Shown: positions 50,699 to 64,000 of the stretch, piece after piece
Position numbering within the stretch: the first letter of the stretch is position 1
Layout: the number at the start of each line of letters is the position of its first letter
Notes under the pieces: generated by a model
The model's input: only the letters and a program-made list of their open reading frames with translations
Databases searched by the model: none
Told to the model about the DNA's origin: nothing
From: Phoronis australis
Lineage: Eukaryota > Animalia > Phoronida
Length of the DNA stretch: 64,000 nucleotides
Reading direction: 5' to 3'
NCBI GenBank assembly: GCA_002633005.1
Contig: NMRA01000640.1
Span: 153,320-217,319 of the forward strand
Made by a program: the position numbers and the translations under genes

Positions 50699-53600
50699 AC
50701 GAGTTCCAAGTGACCGCTTCAGGGGATTTCTGTTGGAACGCTAAATAACACTTTACTGAGCTTCACTGATAGACCAATTTGTCTGAGACTGAAAAGAATC
50801 TTCGCGTCAGCAGCTGAAATTTTGCACGTCGGTCAACTCGTTTGCAGTACTGGAGTAATATGATATTATAAAATGATTAAATACTAAGTAAATAAGACCT
50901 CCTTTGATGTTTTGATCTATAAATTGATTGTCGAGTGGCGATGTATTTTCAGCATTTGGCTATAAAGCTCCACTTCTCATTTACCCTTAATACATAAAAT
51001 TAAGAAAATAAAAAGCTTCCCTGTCAACGAAATATAACATTTACTTTCAGCAATTAGTTGTTACTAAATTGAACTGAGCCCGGCCAAACTTTGGAAAGAC
51101 TGGAAACCTTCTAGTTTTCCAATTAAGTCTGTCCTTTTTTCACTCCTACTTGTGCTTCGCCAGTGACTGTTCTTCGAGACAACGGAAATGGTGCTTCACT
51201 ATAGTAAGGAGATTTAATTTCAGTACCACAACTGCAGAGGTAAATCGGTCTATTCTGGTTCGTTTTTTATCAACTAAGCAAAAAGTTAAGAAATTTAAGT
51301 ACAAGTACGTTAAAGATTACGCGTTGAAAGATTTTCCTGGGGTCCATTTGGCCTTCTCTGACTCGTAAGAGTTCACATCCTTGGGAAATTTTCGGTTGAA
51401 ACAGTCCTACGACTACATAAAGCGAAACTGATCCCTCGTCTATGAAACATTGTCTTCTGCATATACGTTTCATAATCATTTGTCTTGAGGTATATGCCAA
51501 TCATTACTAAAGTGCAGTTCTTTCAAGTTGTTTTTTCATAAGATGGTTCAATGCAATGTCATTATATGCTGCATCGGCCTATCATCCACCCCCCCCCCCT
51601 TTCCCCAACGATCTCGTGAGATCATGCCTTACCTTCGTCAACTTTGTTTAAAAAATTTGGTCGCAAGTGGACGGCTCTGTAACGATTCATCGCCGATGTT
51701 GTTTCAACTGCAGCAACAGCAACTGAAAAATCATAGATATTTTTGAACAAAATTCATCCCGATAGTGGGTCAACCCCCAATAGCTCCACTTCCTATGTTT
51801 TTCTCGGCAACTGACAATATTTATCGAAAAAAAAACCTTTGGCGCTTTTATTAGATGGGGGGTTAACAGTACTTTAAGTAATTTATTGGTTTATTGCCCC
51901 ATCAGTGATGAGACTTGATCTCAAAGTTCAGCGGGGCATATAATATTTTTGCAGCTGATCAAGCGCAGTGCAGGGACTAGATCTGCCCGAAACTGATTAC
52001 ATGCTCAAGGAATGTTTTCTTTGATAATTGGCACACTCGATTAAAGCAACTAGGAACAGAAGGCCCTGTTCACAATTACGGCACTGTTTCCGATTCGATT
52101 GTAATCGGACTCTCGGTTCTGACCAGTCTTCAATTCGAACTCGTTTAAGGTTGTCCAGGGCTTTAACGACCTCAACACTAAGTCAAATATCGAAAAATTG
52201 TGCTTTGTCAACCATCAAAAGTATAGATATTTTCTGAAAGGAAAAAGATCGAGGATTTTAAAAATAGGCTTCTTACTACTGTGTCTGTACCATTGTCACG
52301 TGACCACCTTTTAAAGTCAAATTTTCATTCCCATGAAAGATACATTCATAGCAAAATAACCCTCTAGCCGATTTTTTCTAAAACTTTTATAAATGAAAAC
52401 TTAACGTTATGTCTTAAAAACATTATTTCGAAAGTCACTTTTTGGCAGACTTTGTTACAGATGTAGTAACCTCGTTTTCGTGACCCCAAGAACCTGCAAT
52501 GAAGCACGATACAAATTCCATACCCGCCCCCCCCCCCGTGAACACGCACCGGAAATAACCGCTGTATATTCGCTAAACGCTCTTTGCTAAGCTCCAGATA
52601 TTCCACTCGAGGGAGTTCCCCCCCGTCAAGTACCCTTCAACGATAACATCTGTTGGTGCTTTGCCCACCGAGTTCTTACACTGTAAATATCTATGAAGGA
52701 ACCTAGGTCATCCTACTCTTGCTGTGAGATGAGCAGCCAACCAGCGCTTGCCATTATCTCCCAGCGGCTAAAAAATATTCTTGGCCATGCCAACAGAACT
52801 AAATACACTTGACGCTGGCGTTGAGTGAGGTTTTTTAACAAAAAAGTGCACATACACTTTTTGTTTGTCCGTTGAATTATGCAAACTTTTATCAACAAAG
52901 TGCTTAATTTTATTACAGTTGTAGACGCACCATTCTATGATAAACGCGGATCTAGGGTTAACGAACTGTTGACACCCAAATACAAATACAGTTGAAGAGG
53001 AAGTTTGGGCCATCCTGATGGGACACAGACAGCATTAATTCTGCGCAATGTAAACACGCCAACTGTTTGAAAACATTTTAAGTGTTAAGCTGTCAAAATC
53101 CGGAGATTTATGAACTCTTGGGTCCTTCTAGAATCGACCTGTTATTGACTCGAAGTGCTTCTGAATTTGTTCCAAACTCTTACTAATTTTGGCCTTGACT
53201 TACGGTCCTATCCCAGTATGGAAGCCAGTGACAAACTAAATTACGAGAACAACTGGGTAAAGTTGTATGTATACATGCGAACATCTCGCGAGGAATTCAG
53301 TGTTTCTCACTTTTGAGAATAATACTGCCTCCTGCAGGCAATCTGGTGTTTCCCCTCAGTAGACAGTCGGGTTATACATGTACATAAGTGACACACCTTT
53401 TCTCGAAGTAGACTACATGTACCTTTTATGCAAACTCTATCTGCTCAGCTAATCGTCCAACATTAAAGATCACAACAGACACTGGACGTTCCTTAAAATA
53501 TGGCGGCATTCCTTTCATTCGCTCATCGGTATTTGAGGGTCCAGATGTTTCACACTTTTACTCCACCTGCGCCTTTCGCTAAAGGTACTCTAGGTTAGCG

Positions 53601-56600
53601 TGAGCGCCAACGAAAGCCTCAGCAATCGAACTGGAAACAAGCATCCTATTTTTTGTTTCGTGATCACTAAGCAAAGTAGGGCGGATGCAATAAATTACAT
53701 TTTTAGTCTACTTACCAACAGCTTGATCGTGCAACTATTGTATCGAGAAGCGTCTTGTATAGTCTACACAAGTCGCTCACACTGTCTATTAGTGCTGGTG
53801 ATACGGCGGAACGTGCCTCACTGAGGTTTTTATCACGGGGGGTGTCTACGAAGTCAGCTAGCTAACTGACTCCTTCTGTGCTTTGAACCATTGACCTACG
53901 CTCGGACTATAATGATACGGCCGTCCCAAATTCAAGAATCAAAATCAACGACAAACCACCATCCACCTACTGGTGTTACACAAAGTTGGGGAAGCAATGT
54001 TACAGCGCATATTTTCGACGATTTTAAGACCTTGCAAGCGAAGTTTATTATCGGCGTGACAGAACGCAGAGAGCGACATTTGAGAAATATGTTGGACGCA
54101 AAAATTGCTCATGATGACCCAATCTTCAGAATCAAGAAAATTCAGTTTCCAATTTTCAACTTCAGTGTCCCAAAAATTTTAAAGAGACATATCTAACTTG
54201 GAAGAATTTTTACCGTATGTCGAGGCCTAGGAATGTACGTAGTGGTTATCTTCTACTGACACTGGGGTGTGATATGATGGCGAAATTACCACACTAACTT
54301 TAGTACAAACTTTTATTTCCGCGAATAGGGCCTATGTTATTTGTACCATCAGAACTTGTTTTAAAAATTTCTTCAAAATCAAATCAGGTCAATTGACATT
54401 TCTGTACTAGAAATTTGCACATATGCGTCCGAAAAAATAAGTTCCCGGTTTCAAAAAGTTTGGTTTTGTTAGGCGTTTTCTCAGGCCTAATTATGTTGCC
54501 TTTAAAAATATTAAAGAAAATGGCATTTAACCGGATCTCAACTTGATCACATTTTTTAAAATTCGGTAGTTGCCATCATGCATACTCATTGATACCATGA
54601 GCGGTATTGCACTGATAAGGATATAGAGTGCCGTAGACGCAAGAACCTGGTAATTGGTCTCGGTGATAAAGTGGTATACCTTGTCTGTACTGCATGGTTG
54701 TATTTCGCGAAGACTTGCGGGATTTTTGTGTTTTCGCAAGTGTACGCTACGGAACCGACATCAGGGCTCGGGTTCTCATCTTTTTACATTACGCGTTCTG
54801 CCAGGGCGTGTGTGACGACACCTGACTCCTTTGTTAATTGCATACCACAGACTTTTGTACCATATGACAACATGCTGGCCAAATTATCTCCCATGCTTCA
54901 AAGGGTTACTGAAACCAATGAGATATACCAAGAGATCATTGGGCCATTCTTGCTGGGCGATTTTGGTGATTCAAAAACTAGCATTTGACGAAGAATTCAG
55001 AAATGTTGTTGGTTTATAATCAAATATGTCATTATAACTTAACCTTCATTTTTAACATCACAGCCCAGGCAGGCTGATATAATGTGATCGGAGATTAGAG
55101 CAATTATCGAACAAAAGAGAGCTGGGCCCCCCAACCATAAATGCCGTGTATGAATGTGAGCGTGACTGTGCGCGCGAATGTTTATACTGTTTTGGCTTTA
55201 TTGTATTTGCCTTACGATAACAATAAAACTTTTTGACAAAAAAATAAATGCCAGAATAGAGTTAATCAGTCGTGTAAGATATTGGCTACAGGGGTCATCG
55301 TGCCAACTTGTTGGGCTCAACGGAAAAACGAACGCCGTGATGACTCGAAATCTAACTTCCCAGTTTTGGAATTTTCTATTCTAGTTTTGTGTGAACTCAA
55401 GATCTAAGTGTCTATTATTCTGGCTGTACTTCGGGAGCAAGTTTTCGGATATACAGAATTGATTAAACGCACGAGACTTTTCATTGTTGACAGCCTTTAT
55501 TCCGTATTAGAATCCCTTTGCATTTGAGAAGCCTGTTTTGAATGAGCAGCAAACAGGGTCGCGCCGCACGTTACACTTGTTTGCGCGACTTTCCCGTTAC
55601 CGCCCCCCCCCCCCTTCGTTAGTCATTCTTTGCAGTATTTCACACCCGCCGTGTCCCACTGTCTGTGATGGCATTACTGCGTCATTTTTTCTTCACTTGA
55701 GAATGAAACAAGTACGGTTTCGAAATGTCGTGTGCCTTTTAATTACGTCGCTAGGTCAGTTACTTTATCTATGTTCAGTTGAGAGTAGAGTTTTGTAACG
55801 GAATAAAGACTGTCAACAATGAAAGGTGTCGTTCGTTTAATCAATTCTGTCTATTATTCTGTGGAGTATGTCTTGAATACAGAATGTCTTACTAATCTTA
55901 GTTTGCAGTTGATGACCTCAGCATTAAGGTTAAAAGTTCGAATCTTAACTCGGAATTTCAAACTTTTATTCGCAATCTCAAACTTTACTCCGTCGAGCTC
56001 GGCTTGTTGCTCGAATCTTGGGGAAGTTGGGGTCATCAAGTGCGAACTTGGATTAGAAAGCCTTCCTCGCGCAACAGACTAATAGTCATTCATCAAAAGT
56101 ACGGAAAATGCTAAAAATAATTTCGAGTTCGGGCCAAGGTAAGGAACTGCAGCTAGACGTCTTTTTTAATCGCGTCTTTACTAGATAATCCAACACTGCG
56201 TGTATTATTTTATGGCCGGCAAAAATGGAAAATCTCGTACATATAGGATTACCACGTCAACATCAAATTTCACTCAGTGATTAAACTTTCTTATCAAGTG
56301 ATTAGGCCTACATGATAAACATACCAGACATATAGATAACACCTGATAGTTTGTCTGTATTTATCTTCGAAATAAACGCTGTTTTTTAAGTTTCCGTGTA
56401 GTAGTTAGAAAATGGTAGACTTCATTCAGAGGCAGTGACGTTAAATTTGTCAAAGTAAAATTCATTCTTAAAACTTGGAGAATATAGCGACACAGCTGTT
56501 TCTTTTTTGTAGCTAAAATTGCCCATTTCACGTTGGCCGGTGATACTGAAAATTTGTGACTGAGTAAGCAGCGCCGTTATGACAGGAGACGTCATAGGCG

Positions 56601-57861
56601 GATCTGAACAAAAAAAAAACAAAAAAACAACGACAGCTTCGCTCTCCTTTATAGTTTCAAAATATTTTATGAAGATTAAAATGTAACTGAAATCGAGGAA
56701 GTTCGAAAAGACAAGTATAATAAAATTGCCCACAATAAATCTATCTTAATATTACTGTCAGTCATATTATGCTGTCTTCAATTAGAAATGTGAAAGCTTC
56801 AACCACGATCTTGGCATGATGATCACTTCAATTGGTTTGGCAGATAGGGGCGGATAGGGGCGGGGATCCCAAAAACGATGACGAAGGAATGTAAGGGGGT
56901 AGAATGGCAGCGTTTCATGATCATATTTCAATGGAGTTTGTCAGATACTGAAGCACACGCAAAAATGCCATTGGGAGATGCCACAATAGACAAAAGGAAC
57001 ACAGGCATTAAATGTCTCGAAATAATGAGGCGCAGGAAAACAAACGCCACTCGGGGACACCATAGTAAACAATGAGACAGTCTGAAAAAAGTGCGCCAGA
57101 CATGGTTTTTTCAATAGGAATACATACAGCTCTACAATTTTCCATATTCTAATTTTAGCGCACCCAAAATTAGTTAACATTATTTTAACTTTCTGTTAAA
57201 TTCGAACATGGCGCATACCTAGAGTGACCCGTGATGATGCTTACCTAATATTCTAACATTCCGCCGCGCATCAGTTTTAGGCCGCATTCATGAGACTGTC
57301 CTGGACTAGGTAAACTGTTATATCACTGATATAACAGTTTACCTAGTCATGATGAGGTTAATCCCATTTCACATCTCCTTTAAGCTGTATATTCACGTCA
57401 CTGGATTGACAAGGGGGCCTATCCTATGTCGTCTGTGTTCCTTTTGTGTTTTCTCTTTCACTTGATTGGTATAAGCACTTCCGAGAATTTCCGAAAATAG
57501 GTACGCCCCTGGACAGGTGTCTGGAAAACGATCCTTTCAAGAACGTCAAATGAACCGAATGTACGGCCCGGACGTCACGGTAGTTTGAGAAGGGGGATTA
57601 TTTTGGCAGGAAATTGTCCATACTAAAATAGCAGTCAGCAAACAAAAAGTTTCCTTCACACTGCGCCAATATGGTGAGTTACCAACAAGGTCACCCAACA
57701 TATCTGCGTTCAAGAGTTCAACGATAGTCATTTGAGTAAAATGGCGATCCCAAAATATTACTGACTTGCCAACTTTAAAATAAATAAAATTTTATAGCGA
57801 ATCACATTGCATACCTATTTTAGAACAATTCATCAGATTTTGAAAACTTGCATACACTTAC

Positions 57862-57914
57862 CTAAAATTTGCCCATGGGCATATTGTTGGAAAAAAATTC
57901 AAAACTACACCCAT
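57862..57914 (-). CDS. Candidate MLCK first coding exon (distal)
   Basis: MGVVLNFFPTICPWANF then consensus AG|GTAAGT donor in phase 2. Confidence 0.35.
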
Positions 57915-59968
57915 GGATGTACTTTTGGGTGGGCCTATTTTCGGCGGAAACTTCCAACACTAAAGACCCTTTCATACTAACGTCGACGTGTCGATGTTTT
58001 GGGGAGTTGGGGTCAGTATGAACGGCTAACTTCGGTCCTGGATCGAAGTTAACAGCGACAATTAACTTCACAGTAAATAGGTGGATTGAACAGCGGAGTG
58101 TTGTAGCTGCAGAACGGTCAACTTCTGTCCAATCGAAGTTATCGCCAGGGACCACTGCTATCGTCAACAATTAAAGGGCAGTGTCGTAGCTAAAAGTTGC
58201 TTATAGTTTACTCGAATAAATCACCGATCGAATTAGAAACAAGTTTTATGTCAATTACCACATGTAAATGTTCCCAAATTGTCGCATGTGAACAAATCTC
58301 GTTAAGCGTGTATGCGATACATCAGCGCCACCTTGCGACTACTTCAATGACAACAGCGTGACCTATTATTGTTTCTACTTGGATGTCCGTTAACTACCGA
58401 AGCCGTTATGAACGGTTCAGTTAACTTCGCAGTTTGCGTCGACGCTCCGTTCAAACCGGAGTTAAGTCAGAATGAAAGGGTCTTAACACTTGAACTTAAG
58501 CATTTCGATCTAACTGCATGAACTTTTATATTGCGTTATTGGGCGGTTAAGTCGCGTCATTTTCGGTCTAACAAAATTAATTCAAACTGAACAAGTGTAT
58601 CCCTAGATGAAGCTCGCGGGTCCTGATTGGTGTCCGAATTTGGCGGAGTCACCAACTTCCTTTTTACTGTTGTCTGAATATGGTGTGGTGAATCTTTTCA
58701 AAATTAAATGACAAGTCGACATGACAAAAATTGAAGAAATTGAAAATCGTTTGTCGGCTAGAAATGACGCGCCGTATTTTCGTAATTCGGTTAAGCGAAA
58801 AACGTTATTGGTATTTACACTTAAGTCGGCCTGAGGCTGCCATGTATTCGTGCGATGGAAGTCTTCAGATGAGTATGTTGTTAACTAGAAGGACAAATAT
58901 TCTTGTTTATCTTGCCTAGACACAATTAAGGGCTTCATGGTGACGTATAAGACATTGTTTAAGAAGATACAACAGCGTCCGCCATACCGCAATATACCTC
59001 CGAATAACGTGAAATTCATAAAAAAATGCTTCTCAACCGGTACCGGAAGCGTTGACGCACCAACCAAGTTCGAAAACGTCAACTGGTCGGAGTAAGCTCT
59101 TTCCACGCTTTTCAGTTTTGATATCAGTGCTCCATGACCGGCCGAGACACCAGCAGCTTTTCAGACCTGTTACATAAAAATCGATCTGCATACGGCTTCA
59201 ACAAAGTCACAAAGGGATAAGAAAAACTAATACAACCGTAAACCCGCATCACTCTTCGGTTTTCAGTTGAAGAATCGTTAATATCGTTTTTTTTAATAGC
59301 TGACTGAAAGATTTCAAATATATTTCGCAGCGACGGTAAAATACGCAAAACTGACCAACAATGTCTTCAAAATTGTATCATTGTCCTTTAATAAATTGTG
59401 AATATGGCTTAATCACAACATCAAAAAACATCTAAAACTTTTTACAGCTGTATATTAGTTTATACCAGGGCATTTGACAATCAAAAATTACTTGAGGCTT
59501 TGCAAGAAAATTGACCAATCATATGGCATGCTTAGAATAAACTTTCAATGCCATCAGTCTCATAACTTTCAAGTCGGTTATGGGTAGTCATGGCCTTTAG
59601 TTTGCCCTACATCAGAACATTCGGTGAGCTGTTTTAAAATTCCACAGAATGGTCTGATTTAGAACAAATGTAAAAATGTACACATCTCGGTCACAATTCG
59701 ACTTCAAAATGGTTGAAATGAGAAGCTTCAAGTTCAGTAGGTGGCACTGTTGAACCAATGGACCAACCAGAACTCTGATGGCTACGTGAAACCCTAATTT
59801 CACAATAAACTCATGCACTTGGATATGCAGAGAACAGCTTTTTGTTCTCATTGTATTCAAAGAAAGAGAGCTTTTTTCATTGATCATCACTAGCTATAAG
59901 TAAATATAAATGTAAAGCCTCCTGTAACAGTTCACAGTATATTTACAAAGATTTGCAAACAGGAGTCC

Positions 59969-60125
59969 CAGTGACAGATTTAGAGGGGGCCAAGGGGGCC
60001 ATGGTTCCTCTAAAATTCTCCCCGATTCCATTTGGCAATTCGGGGATGCGAATGTCTGACGGGCAAAATCCTGGTTAATACTCTGCCCTGGCACCCCGCA
60101 AATAAAAATCCTGAATCTGCCTCTG
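59969..60125. mobile_element. MITE family C, inverted relative to 17091, perfect TSD AGTCC
   Basis: Reverse-complement match to 17091-17243. Confidence 0.88.
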
Positions 60126-61019
60126 AGTCCCATTACTGATGCATTTTACAGGGTCGTCAGTTGTTTCAAGGCTACTAGTTAAACTTGTGCAAATTTATCA
60201 ACATTCCCCCTTCAGCTCAATGAACTTGGACATTTCTGCAACATTTCTGCACCATTTTCATTATAAAGATGACAAAAAAAATCATACACTACACGCCTTG
60301 TATGCTGACAGGAGGAACTGGATTATACTTTAACAGGTTAGAACTAGCACTTTAATAATGAGCTGAAATACAGTGAAATTAAAATAACATTAGATTGTGC
60401 AGATTACACAAGCTTTAGGGTGAATCTGCATCAAGTGTTGCAAAGGTATTTCTTAATCACAACTTCACAAGCTTACATTATGATAGGTGAACTTCGAAAT
60501 AGCCCCATCATATTAAAGTTTACTATCCCTCCAGATAGTGATCAGGTCTTTGGCAGACAGACGTTCAGCGCTACCTACCCATGTAATGCGGACAGACATT
60601 TCAACCTATTAGTATGAACAGCTATTATAATGATAGCAAACCTTTTGAAATATCACTGGATGAACAAGGGCATCATGTTCCATACATTTCCCTCTGCAAA
60701 GTAGAATCTGTGAGAAAACCAGTGGCTGAGGCTGATAAAGCGGGACAATTTCGACCCCACCTGGTGTCAAAAAGCTAAAATAAGTTATTGAACTTAAACT
60801 AATAAAACAATAGGAGGCGATAACAGAGGAATTTATTCCCAAGCTTTTGAATAATGAACCACTATGTAGTAACTTTTGTGTTCTCTTTAGTGTAGAAAGA
60901 GCCAATGTGAAAGTCTTCTACAGTATTTTTCCATGTCATGATTGGTGAGTTGACGTTATGCTAAGTATGGAGCCCTGTTTACAAGCCATCAATAACAAAC
61001 GCTAAAAGCATATGGGGAC

Positions 61020-61211
61020 TGTTTACTAACAAAAAAACTGGGGTATAAATATAGAAATTGACAAATGTCCCTTTGGTGGGAGTTTGCCTCGTTTTCTACA
61101 TTTTTTTGGACTTTTTGTTTCTCTGAGGCGGACCTTTTTGCCCACTCTGTCAAATGGGGAAGGGAGGGGGGCCTGTTTGAGCCCCTGAGCTCCCTCCTGG
61201 GTGCGTGCACG
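61020..61211. mobile_element. MITE family A-related partial copy just after the TSSC4 stop codon
   Basis: Ends ctgggtgcgtgcacg; reverse-complement similarity to 6298-6420. Confidence 0.65.
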
Positions 61212-61228
61212 CGTACACAAGTTCAGAA

Positions 61229-61936
61229 TTAGCTATCCTCTTCATCCTCGTCTTCTAAATGGCTTAAGTTAACAACGTTTCCCGATGCAACCACTTTCTT
61301 ATCCTTTGAAGCTTTCCTTGGTTTCTTGGGAGCACTTCCTACAACATACTCAGGCATCCTTCTTTTGCCATCAACAAAGGCTACTCCTTTATGACCCGTG
61401 TCTTGATCTTGCACACTAGACTGAGAGGCAGGCCTTTGCGTGAATGAGATTCTTTCTGATTCTTCATTAGTCTCTGTAGACTCGTCAATTTCTTTCATCT
61501 TCCTGCGCTCTTCAAGGAAAGAGAAGGCTGCAGCAGCATTTGATTTATCTGACATTTGGTCATGTGAAACATCACTCAGGTCATATTTCGTCCATTTAGA
61601 AGGGTCTTTAGGAATCTGCTGTCTCCTACCACCCCTTGGCCTGGGGCAAGGCCTTTGTGTGTACCTAGGCCTAAAATCACTGCCACTGGCGTCTTTGTTG
61701 GCTCTAAAGTCACTATCGCGCACATCCCTCGAATGTGGAATCAATTTCTTCTCAACTACTGGCATTTTCGGAAACTTTGGTTCCGGCGTGCCAGGTCTTT
61801 TGAATTTTTCATGGTCGTCATTATCTGCGTAATCAGAGACATTTTTCTCATGCTTCGTTTCTAAATCGCCGAGACTGTCAAACACACTGGACTGGCGCAC
61901 TTTAAACTTTTTATCTTCAGTATTTAGGGAAAACAT
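61229..61936 (-). CDS. TSSC4: TSSC4, U5 snRNP chaperone (single coding exon, 235 aa)
   Basis: Family motifs PSKWTKYDLSDV...MSDKSNAAAAFSFL, MPEYVVG and LSHL plus acidic tail; ATG (MFSL) just after a TTGCAG acceptor. Confidence 0.92.
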   Translation of the reverse strand: MFSLNTEDKKFKVRQSSVFDSLGDLETKHEKNVSDYADNDDHEKFKRPGTPEPKFPKMPVVEKKLIPHSRDVRDSDFRANKDASGSDFRPRYTQRPCPRPRGGRRQQIPKDPSKWTKYDLSDVSHDQMSDKSNAAAAFSFLEERRKMKEIDESTETNEESERISFTQRPASQSSVQDQDTGHKGVAFVDGKRRMPEYVVGSAPKKPRKASKDKKVVASGNVVNLSHLEDEDEEDS

Positions 61937-62189
61937 AACTGCAACCCCCACAAATAACAATTATCCACAATAAGAGTTAAGGACAGAAACAGAACAATCA
62001 ACACTTCATGGGCGCAGACATGTTGAAATACGGAAATTGCCGATCAGAACAAAATATTTATTATAGATTTTTTTTAACAAAATAAATATATCTGTATGTT
62101 TAAAACAAGATGATATTGTAAATATTATGCTTTTTAAATAACATACTGAACCAAAAAATGTTCTAAAAAAGTACAGGCAAAGACGGAGA

Positions 62190-62257
62190 ATACCGAAGCG
62201 GCAGCCATATCCGTGACGAAAGCCGACCGGTCTTTGTCCAACACTGTGTTCATCAAA
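62190..62257. promoter_or_regulatory. Compact bidirectional promoter for TSSC4 and ACTL6, with a YY1-like motif
   Basis: Head-to-head ATGs 321 bp apart; GCGGCAGCCATAT at 62198-62210. Confidence 0.6.
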
Positions 62258-62282
62258 ATGAGTGGCGGTGTTTATGGTGGTG
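62258..62282 (+). CDS. ACTL6A: Actin-like 6 / BAF53 / Arp4, exon 1
   Basis: MSGGVYGG then GTGAGT donor; matches the known ACTL6 N-terminus. Confidence 0.95.
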
Positions 62283-62815
62283 GTGAGTTGTCTTTGAGAT
62301 TGCTAGCCAGTTGAATTTTCAGCAGTAGTCGAACATATTGTTTCCTGCTGATAGAACCACTCTGAAGTAACGACCTATTCAATATTTGCGCCGCGGATCA
62401 GGTCTGATGACAGTCACATCTATGAGTATGACTATGTAACGAGTACTTAACTTAATAGGCCTAATGCCTAACGAGTAACTAGTCTTCACACAGCCAGCTG
62501 GCTGGCTATTAGTACCCCACATTGCCATCTTGCAATATATTCTGTAGACTTGGCGCAGCTTTGCACCACGGTGGTAAATAACTGACCAAGTAGAATCTGA
62601 CACAAAATTGAAAATGGGCACTAGTCGGATATAATGGACCGTGATTTAGAGAACCAGTTTCGTCCACTAAATAACGGCCTTTAGTTATAGTGATTGCCTG
62701 GTTCTCTAAGTCAGGGTACATTATATTCGACTAGTGCCCGTTAATGTACGTAACATAAATCATGTCATATTAGAGAATGATTTTATACTGAAATGCAGCT
62801 TTTTAACACTGGTGA

Positions 62816-62929
<114 letters not shown>

Positions 62930-63953
62930 TAATGCACTGAGCAACAAAGAATTACCCGAGTGTCACGCCAAATGTCTGAATGTGTCGTCCTGTTTAATAA
63001 CTTGTATTCCAATTAATGGATAACTACTACTCCAGTGTTTGCCACAACCTGCTTTGACTTGTCACTGCATCGAATTTTGCCGTGACCAGTACGGCTTACT
63101 TACGTCGAGTTTAAGAACTTATACAATGAGTTTGAGGCACTGGGAGATTTGTCGTTTTTCAAGAAAATTAGGAATTTGTGGATTTTTGGTACCAGTTCAG
63201 TGCATTTATTTCAAGACCAAACACACGAACATGGACTTTCGAACACGTACACGACTTTTGTAATTCTACTCGAGTTTGAATTTTCTGTTCTAGAGAACGT
63301 ATGCACATTCTAGGGTGAATACTGAATTCGCAATTCTCCGACAACTCATTATATCTTACAATGCTGGTGTTGTAACACACCTTCATCGATGGTTAGAACA
63401 CCCTTGAAGTGTCAATAAACCTGCATTTCGTTGAAGTTTGAAGAAACTCCATCAGTTACTTTGAAATTGGTCTTAACTTGCTTCGTAATAAAGTGAAGTG
63501 GCTGGAAATAACTGACGATTCGTTATTTCTCAAACCCACGCTAAGCAACCTAAAGACGCAGCATAACAATTGGAGTTTGCAGAAACTGGTCTCTAGCAGT
63601 AACGAACCATTGATTCTATCCAAGTCATGAAACCTTACCCATTTATGACGGTTAATTATAAATTTTGTTGAAACTTTTTTACATTCGTTATTTTAGGTCC
63701 CTATAAATATTCAGTAACGAATAGAGATCACAGGCTATTGCTGTATGTTTTTACCATGCATGCCACGCTGACGATCGGCAAATGCTGGCTGCCATGTTTT
63801 TCGGGTTAATACCTGTAACATCTGGTTGACCTCGTACAGAAACCCTGTGCATGAAGAGTGCCAATCTAGCAAATTTGGATCCCCCTCTTTTCAACTTTTA
63901 GTCCTTGGTTCTTACGAAGATTTCTTAATGAATTTTATTTGTTGTGACTGTAG

Positions 63954-64000
63954 GCGGAGTTCCCCACTGTGGTGGGTGTGGTCGAAGAAGTAGTGGACAA
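63954..64000 (+). CDS. ACTL6A: ACTL6 exon 3 (runs off the window)
   Basis: TGTAG acceptor then AEFPTVVGVVEEVVD in phase 0. Confidence 0.9.

Noticed and set aside
62400-62470. Possible C/D snoRNA in ACTL6A intron 1 (TGATGA)
   Set aside because: Imperfect C box, no suitably placed D box or terminal stem

Overview
AT-rich eukaryotic (invertebrate, probably marine) draft-assembly DNA with spliced genes, most of whose exons the ORF track misses. Exons were assembled by hand using GT-AG sites and phase consistency. (1) Minus strand, 27510 to 5677: a 7-exon, ~496-aa type I membrane protein (signal peptide, two Sushi/CCP domains, MAM domain, Thr-rich stalk, TM helix, Tyr-motif tail). This is the architecture of arthropod class C scavenger receptors. 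Parts of it occur twice next to N breaks, most likely uncollapsed alleles. (2) Minus strand, 43999 to 35154: an 8-exon myosin light chain kinase catalytic core with its calmodulin-binding tail, plus candidate alternative 5' exons and a MEF2/TATA promoter. (3) TSSC4 (minus) head-to-head with (4) ACTL6A/BAF53 (plus), which runs off the window end. Introns and intergenic DNA hold 5-bp-TSD MITEs, Harbinger-like MITEs, a foldback element, L1/Tx1-like LINE relics, Penelope relics and simple repeats. No CRISPR array, rRNA or intact tRNA was seen.
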